The notes below the pieces were generated by a model. That model was not told the origin of the DNA, searched no databases, and saw only the letters and a list, made by a program, of their open reading frames with translations. Made by a program: the position numbers and the translations under genes. 64,000 nt of DNA. Source: Octopus vulgaris (lineage: Eukaryota). Location of the stretch: positions 78,306,001-78,370,000 of the forward strand of contig OX597819.1 in the NCBI GenBank assembly GCA_951406725.2, given 5' to 3'. Shown here piece after piece: positions 39,638 to 53,078 of the stretch (its first letter is position 1; each line of letters starts with the position of its first letter).

Positions 39638-39654
39638 TTAACAGTGGTGACTAT

Positions 39655-39973
39655 TAATGCCCGGCTCTCTGTCGGTTACCACGAGGAGTGTTCCTCTTGA
39701 TTCGACCAACGGAACACAGCTTGCTCGTGAAATTAACGTGCAAGTGATCGAGACACGCGCACCCTTAACGCACCCACATGAGCACATGAGCACCTGGGGG
39801 AGATTCAGTGTGATACAGAGTGTGGCAAAGCTGGCCCTTTGAAATGCAGATACTACTCAATTTTTACATCTGACTTGAAATAAAGTGTCTTGCTGAAGGG
39901 TACAACGTGCCGTCGGGGATCGAACTCACGACCGTGAGCCGAATAGCCTAACCCACTAAGCCACGTGCCTTCA
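39655..39973 (-). mobile_element. tRNA-derived SINE (minor family)
   Basis: Minus-strand head GTGGCTTAGTGGGTTAGG..GAGTTCGATCCCCG..CTTCAGCAAGACACTTTATTTC. Confidence 0.75.
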
Positions 39974-40069
39974 CAACATACACATAAACACATACTCACA
40001 CTTGCATAAGCATGGAGAGGTTTGGTTAGCCATTGCAAACAGACGTTGTGTACCTTTTATTCATTTATC

Positions 40070-40363
40070 CGTTTCAGCCATTTGGCTGCGGCCATGCTGG
40101 AGCACCGCCTTTAGTCGAACAAATCAACCCCCCATGACTTATTCTTTGTAAGCCTAGTACTTATTCTATCGGTCTCTTTTGCCGAACTTCTAAGTTATGG
40201 GGACATAAACACACCAGCATCGGTTGTCAAGCGATGGTGGAGAGACAAACACAGACACACAAACATACACACACGCACATACACACACACACACACACGC
40301 ACATACAGACACACACACACAAACATACACACACGCACATACACACACACACACACATACACG

Positions 40364-40412
<49 letters not shown>

Positions 40413-41058
40413 ACGACCGGCTTCTTTCAGTTTCCGTCTACCAAATCCCTCACAAAGCTATAGTAGAAGGTACTTGCCCAAGGTGCTGCGCAGTGGTACT
40501 GAACCCGGAACCATGTAGTTGGTAAGCTAGCTACTTACTACACAGCCACTCCTACGCCTTGCATATTTGTTTTTAATATGTCCCAGCAAATTTGAACACA
40601 AATAAGCTAATGTGTTCGTCACAGGAAGAACAGCACCTGTAGGACATCGTCTTCAGAACAAGTTCGATTCATTAAATACATAACGGTACTCTATTTTCAC
40701 TTTTTATCTTATACTTGCTTCAGTCATTGGGAGGCAGCCACGCCGGAGCACCGCCTTGAAGAGCTTCGTAACATATATATAATACTGGAGTATCGACTCC
40801 AGTATTATTTGTTCTATCGATCTTAGTTTGCCGAACTGCTAGCTAACGGGGGACGTAAAACAAACCGACACCGATTGCCAAGCGTTGGTGGGGGTAGACA
40901 AATGCACACGCACGCGCGCACGCAGTAAGGTTCTTTTACTTTCCGCCTGCAAAATCCATTCACAAAGCTTTGGTCTGGCCCGGAGCTATTTCAGAAGAGA
41001 CTTGAACCCGGAACCGTGTGGTTGGGAACCAAACTTCTTACCACACAGCCACGCCTGC
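40070..41058 (-). mobile_element. Two family-A SINEs
   Basis: About 40070-40559 (expanded internal microsatellite) and 40710-41058. Confidence 0.85.
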
Positions 41059-41499
41059 ATGTCTTTCTTCTAAACTAAAGTCTAAAATTATACAATGAGC
41101 GACCTCAAAGTCGCATGTACCATTTAAAAACTTTGCAGAATTTGCTGGAAGAAGTGAAGTGGAGCTGATTAATGGCACCATATTTTCTTTCTTTCTTTCC
41201 TTCTTTCTTCTCTCATGTCATGTTTTTGTACCTTCTGCCTTCCTTCCTTCCTTCCTTTTCCTCCTTCCTTCCTATCCTTTGACCGTGAGATCGTCATGCT
41301 ATTCGATGATGACGTATCAACCAGCTTTCACCACTTGTCTCGATCTTCTCTGTGAGTCGGCGAAATTGAGACTCGTCCACTCTTTTGATGATGACCCGGG
41401 CGATGAGCGATGCCGTATGGCTTTTGATCTGCTTGTCATCATCATCATAAGTGTATCATGAGCAAGTTAGCTTGGCGGCGCCCATAACTCTCAAAGCTG

Positions 41500-41800
41500 T
41501 TAGTCACAACCGCATACCCCTAACTTGATACACACTTTGGCCTCTAACATTAGAGGGTCTCTGAATAGGGGTGATACATTTCGTGTCTGCCAGCTGCACT
41601 TTGCCAGGGATGGTCGGTCAGATGGAGAGGTGACGCTGGTCCTCATTCAACCCCTAATCTTTCACTCGGTGGCTCCAAACGTCACACCATGGTACCCAAC
41701 GTCAGCCAGTGGAATAAACCAAGTGAAAAGATGATGCTAACACTGTACCAGTATACGAAAGACTCCGGGTAAGGCTTCCCAAAGGAGTCACCTTATTTTT
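41500..41800 (+). pseudogene. Possible highly decayed RTE-like LINE 3' coding fragment
   Basis: DTFRVCQLHFARDGRSDGE loosely resembles the IR.RRL.FAGH..RS motif of RTE-clade C-termini. Confidence 0.3.
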
Positions 41801-42083
41801 ACACAGCCCGAAATGGTAGAAATCTCTGTAGATTGGTCCGTCCTACGTAGACATATGCCGATGGGTTAACAGATAACATTGAATGTCACTAAGAAGAACT
41901 GTCACATGTCATGTGTGGTGGGTGGATGAGGGTCTATGTAAGATACAGATGGGGCAGAGTGGATGGGCGAGAGATATGCGAATTCGAGCTACCTCGACTC
42001 TATGATGAATGACGACGATGATGACGATGAAGATGGTGATAAAGAATGAAAACAATTTGCTGTATATCAACTCTGGTTCGTGA

Positions 42084-42144
<61 letters not shown>

Positions 42145-42522
42145 GCACGCACGCCTCTAATTAATATAATTTGCAACACACGCATGTGAAACGTCAATCG
42201 TGAAAGATGCGTTGTGTAGGCATGGGTATATGGTTAAGAAGCTTGCTTGTAATCATGTAGTTTCGGGTTCAGTCTCAATGCGCGACACCTCAGGCAAAAA
42301 TATCCTCTAATGTAGCTCCTGACCGATACCTTGTGAGGGAATTTGATAAACAGAAATTGCGTGGAATCCCACCGTGTATGTGTGTGTATAAACGTGTATA
42401 TATATATATATTATATATATATATATATATAACCTTCCTGCTTCCATATTTCCTGAGCGCCTATTAATAATAATACTGTCATTGTTCCACTGTTGTTGTT
42501 TTTTTGTTTTCCCGTTTGGATT

Positions 42523-42568
<46 letters not shown>

Positions 42569-42652
42569 AAACCAGTACTTGGAGAAGAAGAAACGAACGA
42601 ATCGAATCGATATATATATATGTGTGTGTATATATATATATGTATGTATGTA

Positions 42653-42703
<51 letters not shown>

Positions 42704-42800
42704 GTATATACACACACAGAGTAGCGCAGGCGTGGCTGTGTGATAAGAAGCTTGCTTCCCAACAACATAGTACTGGGTTTGACGAGAACAAATATATCTG

Positions 42801-42837
<37 letters not shown>

Positions 42838-42849
42838 TTTTTTCTTTTT

Positions 42850-43876
42850 ATTTGTTTCAGTCATTTGACTGTGGCCATGCTGGAGCACCGCTTTTAAGTC
42901 GAACAAATCACCTCCCAGGACTTATTCTTTGCAAGCCTAGTACTTTTTCTATCTGTTTCTTTTGCCGAACCGCTAAGTTACGGGGACGTAAACACACCAA
43001 CATCGGTTATCAAGTGATGGTGGAGGGAGGACAAACACAGACACACACACACACACACACGCAACACACACATACGACGGGGTTCTTTCAGTTTCCGCCT
43101 ACCAAATCCACTCACAAGGCTTTGGCCGGTCCGAAGCCATAGTAGAAGACACTAGCCTTTGGTGCCACGCAGTGGGACTGAACTCGGAACCATGTGGTTG
43201 GTAAGCAAGCTACTTACCACACTGCTGCGCATATATATTATATGTGTGTCTTTGAGTCTGTGTTTGTCCCCCTCCCCCTCCTCCACTGTCGCTTGACAAC
43301 TGATGTTGGTGTGTTTATATCCCCGTAACTTAGCGGTTCGGCAAAATAGACCGGTAGAATAAGTGCCAAGCCTACAAAGAACAAGTTCTGGCGTCAATTT
43401 CTTTGACTAAAAGGCGGTGCTCCAGAATGGCCGCAGCCGAATGACTGAAACAAGTAAATGAGTAAAAGAATATATATATATATATATATATATTGTGTCA
43501 TTTGTATCAGTCATTATACAGTGGCCATACTGGAGCACCGACTTGAAAAACTTGGGTCTAAACTACAAATTTTTATTTTTGTAAGCCTGGTACTTATTCT
43601 ATCTTGTCTTCTGCCGAACCGTTAAGTTACGGAGACGTAAACACACCAACAGCGGTTGTGAAGCGGCGGAGGGGGACAAAACAAAAATATACACATATAC
43701 ACAGATATATCTATATACGACAGGCTTCTTTCAGTTTCCGTTTGCCAATTCCACTCACAAGACTTTGGTCGATCCGAGTCCATAGCAGAAGGCACTTGGC
43801 CAAGGTGTCACACAGTGGGTTTGAACCTGGACCCATGTGATTGGGAAGCAAACTTCTTACCACACATGCACACACA

Positions 43877-43915
<39 letters not shown>

Positions 43916-44125
43916 CTATGCGTGTATCTTTGTTATCCTCCCCTACCGCTTGACAACCGCTGTTGGTTTCTTTACGTCCTCGAAACTTAGCAATTCGACA
44001 AAAAGAGCTCGATAGAATAAATAGCAGACTTAAAAATAAATAAGTACGTGGTCGATTTGTTTGTATTACTATTCAAGGCGTTGCTCCAGCATGACCGCAG
44101 TCCAGTTGTTGAAAGAAGTAAAAGA
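42850..44125. mobile_element. Alternating-orientation cluster of four family-A SINEs
   Basis: Minus 42850-43225, plus 43240-43468, minus 43500-43865, plus 43920-44125. Confidence 0.85.
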
Positions 44126-45372
44126 AAAGATGAAAGACTTCCATAAGTGTTGTTGCTGTTGCTACCCCACGTAATCCTTGATCAAGCAGACAAAATGATC
44201 AAAGAACTCCATCCGTGACCACGTCGTTTATTCATTATATTTAATCTCTCTGCGTAAGAAATCTAAGACTATACTATCCAAATACTCTCAATTTCATTTG
44301 TAAGTCGCTAATATGGGTTTAACAAGTGATTTGGCTGCTATTTCTAGCCAGACGATTGACCACATGGAGGCTCTCAATCCCTCGTTGTTTCTCGGTGTTA
44401 TTACCACTTATTGTGTCTCTAATTTCTTACACCTCCCACTCCTCCTCTTCACACAACACTTCGTCCTCGTCCTCGTCCTCCTCTCCTCCCCCCTTACCCT
44501 TTCCACTACCTTGTCAGTTTCAGTGTGTTCTGGTTGTCATGGTGATAAGTCGAACAACTTTTGCCCATGTACATGGCTCGTTTAACCAGCGAACGTCATC
44601 AACCGCAATAACAACAACAACAACAACAACAACGAGAAGCAAATTATCAGCAGCGGTAAAACAGCAACATTATCAATTACTAAAACAACAACAAGGTCAA
44701 AACAAAACGCGCAAGAAAAGCAAAAAAAAAACAAACAAAAAAAAAACAGCCATAACAATAAAAAAAAAGCAAACAAACAAAAAAAATCAACCTCTACGAC
44801 ATTATCAAACAACACTAAACTCAGCTTGTTAAGAAAAAACACTTTAAACAACAAACCAGTGGGCCTTCCTTACGGCCGACTCAAATGCTTGTATCTCTTT
44901 CTATTCTAATGTACGCGTGATAGAGAGATAGAGGGAGAGAGAGAGAGAGCGAGAGAGAGGGGTGTGTATGTGTGTGTATACTGAAGCTGCAATACCAGAG
45001 AAAAATGATAAAGTGTAACTGTTACTGTTTACCATCCTCTCTCCGCAGTTGTTTAAATATCACTCACACACACACACACAAACTAAGCCGATAGACACAC
45101 AGGCGCAAGCAAGGCTAGCTAGCTGGGTGGTTAAAGAAGCTCGCTTTGCAAGCTACATGGTTTCGGGTTCGGTTCCATTGTGCGTCATCATAGGCGAGTG
45201 TATTTATTCTACTGCAATTCCAGGCTGATCTGAGCCTTGAGACTGTGTGTGTATGTGTTTGTGTATATGTGTGTGTGTGTGTGCGTTTCCGCCGTGACTG
45301 CTCGACAACCGGTGGTGGTTTATTTATGTCTCTTTAACTCTGGATCGGCGGAGGATACAAACCGAATGAGTG

Positions 45373-45424
<52 letters not shown>

Positions 45425-45589
45425 GTATATGTATAAATATATGTGTAAAAAAAAATACAAACTGGGACAAGAACGCAAAACATTTAGAAGACGATACAAA
45501 TAACACGGACGGGACATTCGAAGCCTTCAATCTTCAGTCAAGAACCGATCATCCTCGCAATTTCGGCTGATTAATCTTGATTATATATA

Positions 45590-46390
45590 TCTCTCTCTAT
45601 ATATAAACGGCAGTTTGTCTGTCTGTGTGTCTGTCAGGTTGTACCCTCACCCTGACCACGGCTTTCAACCGATTCTGATGAAACTTGACACACACATAGC
45701 CCAATGTCATAATTCAAAACTAACGCAGCAAAAATTTTGAAAATTTCCCCCAGTTCTGAAAAAAAATCGATAAATTCGACATGGGTCGAGAATCTAAACT
45801 TTTTATATGCAACACATTTTCTATAGACTGTTTAGGGGACGCAACTCGACCTTTTTAACTCTCGGAACACGTGGGGTAAGTATCCCAAAATGTATAAAAA
45901 TGTACAAAAACGGCAAAAAAGCGGGCAGCAATGTGAGTGACAACAACGAAAAAGTCAAAAGTGACCAAACTGAACAAACGAATGGAAAAGGTTTTTTGGT
46001 GCACACGACAAAAGCGGTTTATAATAAACCAAGAGTTTGCAAGTAGCGTCCGAGGACCCTTAGGGTACGTCAAAAATTTAAGGTAAAACGTTTGGGGTGG
46101 TAGCTATAAAGAAAGTGTAAACAAAAAAAGTATTTGAACAACTTGCGGCTGCAGCAGCTATTAGCAGAAGTGGCGGTGTTGGGGGTAAAGTCTCGAATGT
46201 AATTTCTTCCTGGTAGGAATTGGTTGGGTTGAATTATCGATAGCTGTTTGATAGTTATTTGGGAGTGAAGAGAAGACATTGCAACCTACACATGCGCCTT
46301 CGTTCCCTAGAGGGAAAGGACTAGATTGGGATTAGTCGTTGCCTACTAGGGGCTCTTACATACCCGGGCAATGCCGGGCTATGCTGCTAG
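45590..46390 (+). mobile_element. Complete non-autonomous Helitron (about 800 bp)
   Basis: A|TC start with TCTATATATAAA and (GTCT)n, 3' GC hairpin CCCGGGCAATGCCGGG then CTAG|T. No TSD. Inserted in a (TA)n tract. Confidence 0.88.
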
Positions 46391-47042
46391 TATATATATA
46401 TATATATATATGAGGAGGTGTCCTCTTTAAAACTGTTAACAGTTTGCAATTTAGTTGAGAACTAAATTAGTGGTGAAGCTTGGAAGCTGCTGCGACTGAC
46501 GAAATGGACTTAAGAATATATTCAACCACTACCTAGGTTGAATGATATCATTTTATTTCGGATAGTCATTTTATTTATTTATATATTTATTCATTTTGTC
46601 AAATAAACACACGCATTATATATATATTTTTCTTTACTCGTTTATTTACTTTTCTTATTTTAACTCATGTCCATTGTTTGGAAATCTTTAGTCCACACAC
46701 CTGTGACCTCCTCAGCGACACTTTTCGTTTTCCGTGGTCGATGAAATAAGAAACGAAAGACAATTACGTACCAGAATCAGTCTATTCAAAGAGTGGTGAT
46801 GGCGTGGTGTGAATCGTACCCTTGTGGAAAGGTTAGACATCACCATTCTAATTGGTGTTATAACCACAAGGCGATGATCTAGCAGAATCTTTACGGCGTC
46901 AAACCAAATGCTTAAGCAGCATTTCTTCCGATTCAATAAGTTTATGTGTGTGTGTGCATGTATGCACATATGTGCTTATGCGTGTGTGTACGTGCGTGTA
47001 TGCATGTATGTGCTTATGCGTGTATTTTTATACTCTCTTTTT

Positions 47043-47257
47043 TTTACTCTCTTTCAGTCATTTGACTGCGGCCATGCTGGAGCACCGACTTCAGTCGAGC
47101 AAATCGACCCCTGGACTTACTCTTTGTAAGCCTAGTACTTATTCTATCGGTCTCTTTTGCCGAACCGCTAAGTTACGGGGACGTAAACACACCAGTATCG
47201 GTTGTAAAGCGATGTTGGGGGGGGAGGGGCGGACAAACACAGAAACACACACACACA

Positions 47258-47295
<38 letters not shown>

Positions 47296-47636
47296 TAGAT
47301 AGATATACGATAGGCTTCTTTCAGTTTCCGTCTACCAAGTCCTCTCACAAGGCTTTGGTCGGCCCGAGGCTATAGTAGAAGACACTTGCCCAAGGTGCCA
47401 CGCAGTGGGACTGAACCCGGAACCATGTGGTTGGTAAGCAAGCTACTTACCACACAGCTACTCCTACGCCTATGTTGAGTTATAATACACAAAAAAAAAC
47501 ATAATAATTTCATCAGGATCAACCTTGCCTCCGGTGACGATAAAAGTATCAGTCAAGTACTCGGGTAGAATCATTTGGATTAACCCATTTCACATCCCAC
47601 TTAAGAAACAAGCTGCAAGATTTGTGTCAAAACCTT

Positions 47637-47676
<40 letters not shown>

Positions 47677-48082
47677 TCAGCCGCGCACCACGGAAGATTG
47701 AGTCTTTGATGTTGTGTTGTGTAACATTTTGGCACTCCTTCGATATTGGCACATGGCGTCATTCATCCTCATAAGCTTCCCTTAGTCTCCTCACACCCAG
47801 ACTCTGTAGACCAGTTTCGAAGGAATGCCAAACATTCTTCTTTCATGGTCCGACACCTAAGACGAAATGAAACTCATTATTACTTATTTAGCAAGCCTCC
47901 AATATAAACTAATCTCAAGATGCTTAAAAATACTCTTGCAACATCATAGACGTGGCTGTATGGTAAGAAGCTTGCTTCCCAACCATATGGTTCCGGGTTC
48001 AGTTCCACTGCGCGGTACCTTGAGCAAATGTCTTGGGCCAACCGAAGCCTTGTGAGTGGATTTGGTTGACGAAAACTGAAAG

Positions 48083-48138
<56 letters not shown>

Positions 48139-48330
48139 AACCACCGTGTCACAACCAGTGTTGGTTTGTTTACATCCCCCGTAACTTAGCGGTTCGGCAA
48201 AAGAACCGATAGAATAAGTACTAAGCTTTAAAAAAAAATTCCTCGGGTCGATTCGTTCAACTTAAAAACTCTTCAAGGCAGTGCCCCAGCGTGGCCGCAG
48301 TCAAATGACTGATAGAGAAGTAAAAAAGAA
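47043..48330. mobile_element. Divergent pair of family-A SINEs
   Basis: Full minus copy about 47043-47472 and plus copy about 47950-48328. Confidence 0.88.
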
Positions 48331-48337
48331 GTATGTA

Positions 48338-48390
<53 letters not shown>

Positions 48391-48911
48391 AAGTATGAAT
48401 GATGTATGATGTATGTATATGTGTGTGTACCCTCTCCACTACCAGTTGGGAACAAGTGTTCACTTATTTACGTCTCTGTAACTTAGCGGTTCAGCAAAAG
48501 AAACCAATAAAATATGTACCAGACTTTAAAAAAATAAGTTCGACTAAAACCCTTCAAGGCGGTGGCAGATAAAAAGATAAAAAGATATTGTAGGGTTTTA
48601 AGATTATGGTGCTTGAAATTCCTGCTTCTCGTATAGTGTTCGTGAGATTACGTAGACAGTTCTCAGTACATAAAGGCTTGGCGGCGATGATGACGATGAT
48701 GATGTGAAAAAAGTAATCTTAAAAACGGTTGGAATAGAAAGACAGAAAGCAAAGATGGTAGTACTGGTAGTGGTGGTGGTGGTGGTGGTGATGGTGGTTG
48801 TAGCTGTTGTTGCTTTTGTTGTTGTGGCGATAGTAGTGTTGGTGATCGTCGTACATGTTGTTGTACTTGAGATAGTTTGTGATGTCAGATATAAAAAGTT
48901 CAGTTACGAAT

Positions 48912-48959
<48 letters not shown>

Positions 48960-49074
48960 GTAGGTATATATGTATATATATATATATGTAGGTATATATG
49001 TATATATATATATATGTAGGTATATATGTACATATATATATGTAGGTATATATGTACATATATATATGTAGGTA

Positions 49075-49116
<42 letters not shown>

Positions 49117-50217
49117 TATATATATATATTATGTATATATATATATATATGTATATATATAGATATATATATAGATAGAAAGGGAAGCCGGGTGTTTTGT
49201 ATCATCAGACAAGACTGGTGGTAGTAGTAGTAGTAGTTGAAGTAGTAGTTATTTTTCCTTGTTTTCATTTGTTTTCTCATATGTAGTAAGTAACGTCCTA
49301 GATTGTGCGAAGCCTTGTCAGATATTATATTATGTATGTGTGTGTGTGTGTAGTGTGTATCTGTATGTGCCTGTAATCAGTGGTTTTTGTGTGTCATGTA
49401 CGTGCTTGTGTGTTGTAATCGAGTAGACTTTGCGTGTGTGTGTGTGTATGTATGTGTGTGTGTGTGTGTGTGTGTATGTGTGTGTGATGTATATCTGTGT
49501 TATTGAAGGCGAGACAGGCAGCGAACGACACACCAGCCGAACTCTTTTACTAATCAGTAACACTCTTTATCTCTCTCTCGCCATCACCCACATCAATTCC
49601 TATTTACCACCACCGACACCGCCTTGCGCCCCCCGTCGCCACAAGATGACAAGCTCTGGGGCCCCAGCAAAGATTTGCTTCTGACGTCTGTCATCGGTGA
49701 CTTAGTAGGGTTAGAGAAGAGGGAGGATGAGGAAGAGGAGGAGGAGGACGGCGAGAGAAGAAGAGGAGGGGGAGGAGGAGACGCATTTGAGAGTGAAACC
49801 AGCTTTAACACTTCCGATGCACAGTCATGAAGACACAGGAAGATTGAACGAGATACTTTTGTGTTTTTGTGTTTTTGTCTGTTTTCATCTTTTAGTCATT
49901 GGACTACAGCCGCAATGTTTCAGTCGAACAAATCGACGTTTATATTTTTTTAAAGTCTGGTCTCTTGTTGCCGAACAGCCAAGTTAAAGGGAGGTAAACA
50001 AACCAACACCGGTTATCGAGTAGTGGTTGGATGGACAGACACAGAGGCAAACCAAGATAAAGAGTGGGATAAAGAGTTGTTAAAGAGGTTACAGGACGTG
50101 TGACGAAAAAGCTTAGACAAAGGACACTGACATAATAATAAAAAAGTCGAAGTGAATACCAAATATAGAGTGTGGGTGTTTAATTGGCAAAATATGACCA
50201 CCCCGAAGTGTGTATAA

Positions 50218-50250
<33 letters not shown>

Positions 50251-50789
50251 TTCAGTAAAATTTAATTAGATTCAGATGAGTATGGTACTTATGTTGAAGG
50301 CACCAGAATTTAGTATGGTATTAGCCATATAATTTAAAATAAGGTCGGAACCTTCAAGAGATGTGGGTTTGAGTCCCAAATTGAAAGATGAAACGATCGT
50401 ACTGCATTACCTCTGAATATCCTCGTTGCTTATTTTGATTATATATATATCCACGCTCAAACAAACGCCGGATTAAAGTTTCCGTTTGTTAAATTCACTC
50501 ACAAATCTGTGATCAGTGAGAGGTTATAGAGTAGAAGGTACTTGTCCAAGGTACCACGCAGTAGGACCGAACATGAAACCATGCGGTTGCAAAGCGAGTT
50601 TCTTAGCTGCATAGACGTGCCTGCGAGATCACAAGTTACGTCTAAGAAAACTAGGGTTAAAATAAAACAAGAATTCACTTCAATAAAATAGAGACTATAT
50701 TGAAAGATGGTAATTTATTTTTGGACGCAGAAACGCTGTTAAAACAGTAGAAATATTGGGTAAATTACTCTTGCAAAGCAGAAAAGTTT

Positions 50790-50964
50790 GTCAACTAACA
50801 GCCATGGGACTCGAACCAACATCTCGAAGACTCCGGCCAAGTGCTTTACCATTAAGCTTAGCTGACCACTGACAAATTAATCCGCAATTTAGGCGCTTAA
50901 TGGTAAAGCACTTGACCGGAGCCTTAAAGAGCTGTGGGTTTGAGTCCCATAGCTGTTTGTCGAG
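50790..50964. repeat. Head-to-head inverted pair of tRNA-derived heads
   Basis: GCTTAATGGTAAAGCACTTG..CCGGAG..GGTT(C/T)GAGTCCCAT..GCTGTT on both strands with a 37-nt spacer. Confidence 0.8.
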
Positions 50965-51879
50965 AAATTGAACAATGATATATGTTTACTATTTCTCGAG
51001 AACAAGAAGGTCGCTTCCTCTATCGAGTTTCCATACAGTTCTTGTTATCTTAATTTCACTCACGAAACTCTGGTCAACTTGATGCTACTGTAGAAGATAA
51101 TTTCCCAAGGTACTGCAGACTGCCATCGAACCCGGAACCACGCAAATGCCAAGTGAACTTGGCAATGGCTGCTGCACCCATTCATTAAATTCCGTTGCTC
51201 GAAATGGACTACTCACTATAGAAAATATCAATAGGTTGGCGGTTGTGTGTATGTCTGTTTGAAATAAGCTTCAGAGATACTTGTCTCACTCGCAGACTAC
51301 CAGGCGCTACTTAAAAATAGTGCAAGCTTTTCTAATGATGACTAAATGCTGGAATCGCAAAGTTGGAAACTCTTTTGTGTCTTCAGTAGTTATCTCAGAT
51401 TTACAAGTGTATCGCCTCTACATTTCTCTAGAATGAAACAGCGAGGAGTGGATTAGCCTTTAACCAACAGAGAGCTTCGTGTGTGTGTGTGTGCATAACG
51501 TTTTAGTATTTCATTTTATAAGGTTAGTAGATAACAAAATTAGTAAACAGAAAGAGAAAGAATGCTTGCTCTACTTCGATACGATCCTGGACATTGTCAG
51601 TTCAAAATCGCCATAACCGACTTTACCTTTTATTCTACGATAAAAGATGCTGTTAAAATAATTACCAGTAATACACTAAGATTTGACTCGTTGCTTCTCC
51701 TCTCCGTTAATAAGTATGTGTAAATATGTAGCCAATGTTGGTAATCAACGCGAGTTAATTGACTGAAATTTGTATAAAAATTAAAAGCCATTACATACAT
51801 GGGACATTAAAGAGTGACATAATGAAAGAAGCAGACGACAAACGTAAAGTGGTCGTCTGTTGAGGAGAGTAGAGTGAGG

Positions 51880-52295
51880 GAAGGAAGAGTGATAGATGTA
51901 AAAGAGACGGGGGGGGGGAGTGAAAGATGTGGAAGAGAAAGGGGGAGTGAAGGATGTGAAAGAGAGAGGTAGGTAAAAGTATGAGAAAAAGAAAGGGAAA
52001 GATAAAGGAGGAAATGTCATAATGTAACAGACAACGGAAGTAATGAAAGGAGGTGATGGGGAAAGTGTGCGAGTGTGAGAGGGAGGGAGAAAGGGGATAA
52101 GTGACAGATGATACAGGGGGAAAAGAAATGAAGAAAGATAAGCAGAGAAAGGAGAGGCAAGAATGGAAATGAGAATAGGAAAAAGCAAGAGAGAGAGAGA
52201 GAGAGAGAAATAGGGCGAGAGGGGAAAGAGCGTGATGAAAAAGATAGAGAGAAGCATAAAGAGAGGGTGAGATAAAGCAAGACAAAAAGAGAAAT

Positions 52296-52352
<57 letters not shown>

Positions 52353-52460
52353 AAGAAACCGGAAAGACAAAAAGCAGAAAGAGCGATAGAAGATAGTTCT
52401 TAGGGAGTCTTTCTCCGCTCTCTCTCTTTCTCTCTCTCTCTCTCTGTCTTTCACTCTCTT
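51880..52460. repeat. Purine-rich low-complexity tract with (GA)n then (CT)n
   Basis: Directly visible. Similar tracts at 57470-58230 and 62490-63140. Confidence 0.9.
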
Positions 52461-52786
52461 CCTTTAACAAAGTCGTCTTTTAACTCGCAGTTCTAGAGTT
52501 CGCATCAATGCTCAACTAAATTCTAAAAATTCCTGATTAAAAAAATTTTTTTTAAAAATTAAAAAGCAAGCTGAACCCATCCAATATTAATAATGATTTC
52601 CAACATCGATCCAGAGCTTGACTGGTAACTGTTTCATCGATTCCATAAGGATAAAAGAGCAAAGTTGATTCCGGCGGTACTACAAAATTATCAACATTCT
52701 GCATAATTCTTCTGTCGGTACAGATTCCTTTCGAGACCATTCTCAAAGAACCAACCTATTCACTATGATAGTAAAGCACTCTAGTT

Positions 52787-53078
52787 CAGTGCTTCTCAAA
52801 CTATCTGAAGTCGCGTACCGGCAGTTTTTTTTTCTAATGTGCCAGGTACCGGTAATATTTCTTAGTAATATTAATTTATACTGGAAACAATCTATATATA
52901 ATGAATATAATTAAAGTTGACAGTTTTTAAAATCTTATATTTATTTTGTAAACAAATAATACAATATTATATAAGCATTTTACAATGTTTCTTTCTTTTC
53001 TGGAAACTCGCCGCGTGCCGGCAGCTGACGGCTCGCAGACCGGCACCGGTCCTCGGACCACCACTTTGAGAAGCACTG
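52787..53078. mobile_element. hAT/Charlie-like MITE, 292 bp
   Basis: Perfect 14-bp TIR CAGTGCTTCTCAAA / TTTGAGAAGCACTG and perfect 8-bp TSD CTCTAGTT. Confidence 0.93.

Noticed and set aside
45455-45580. CTGAAGA...GAAT hammerhead-like motif on the minus strand (also near 33800 and 58780)
   Set aside because: The core or stems could not be completed convincingly, so these were not counted as ribozymes.
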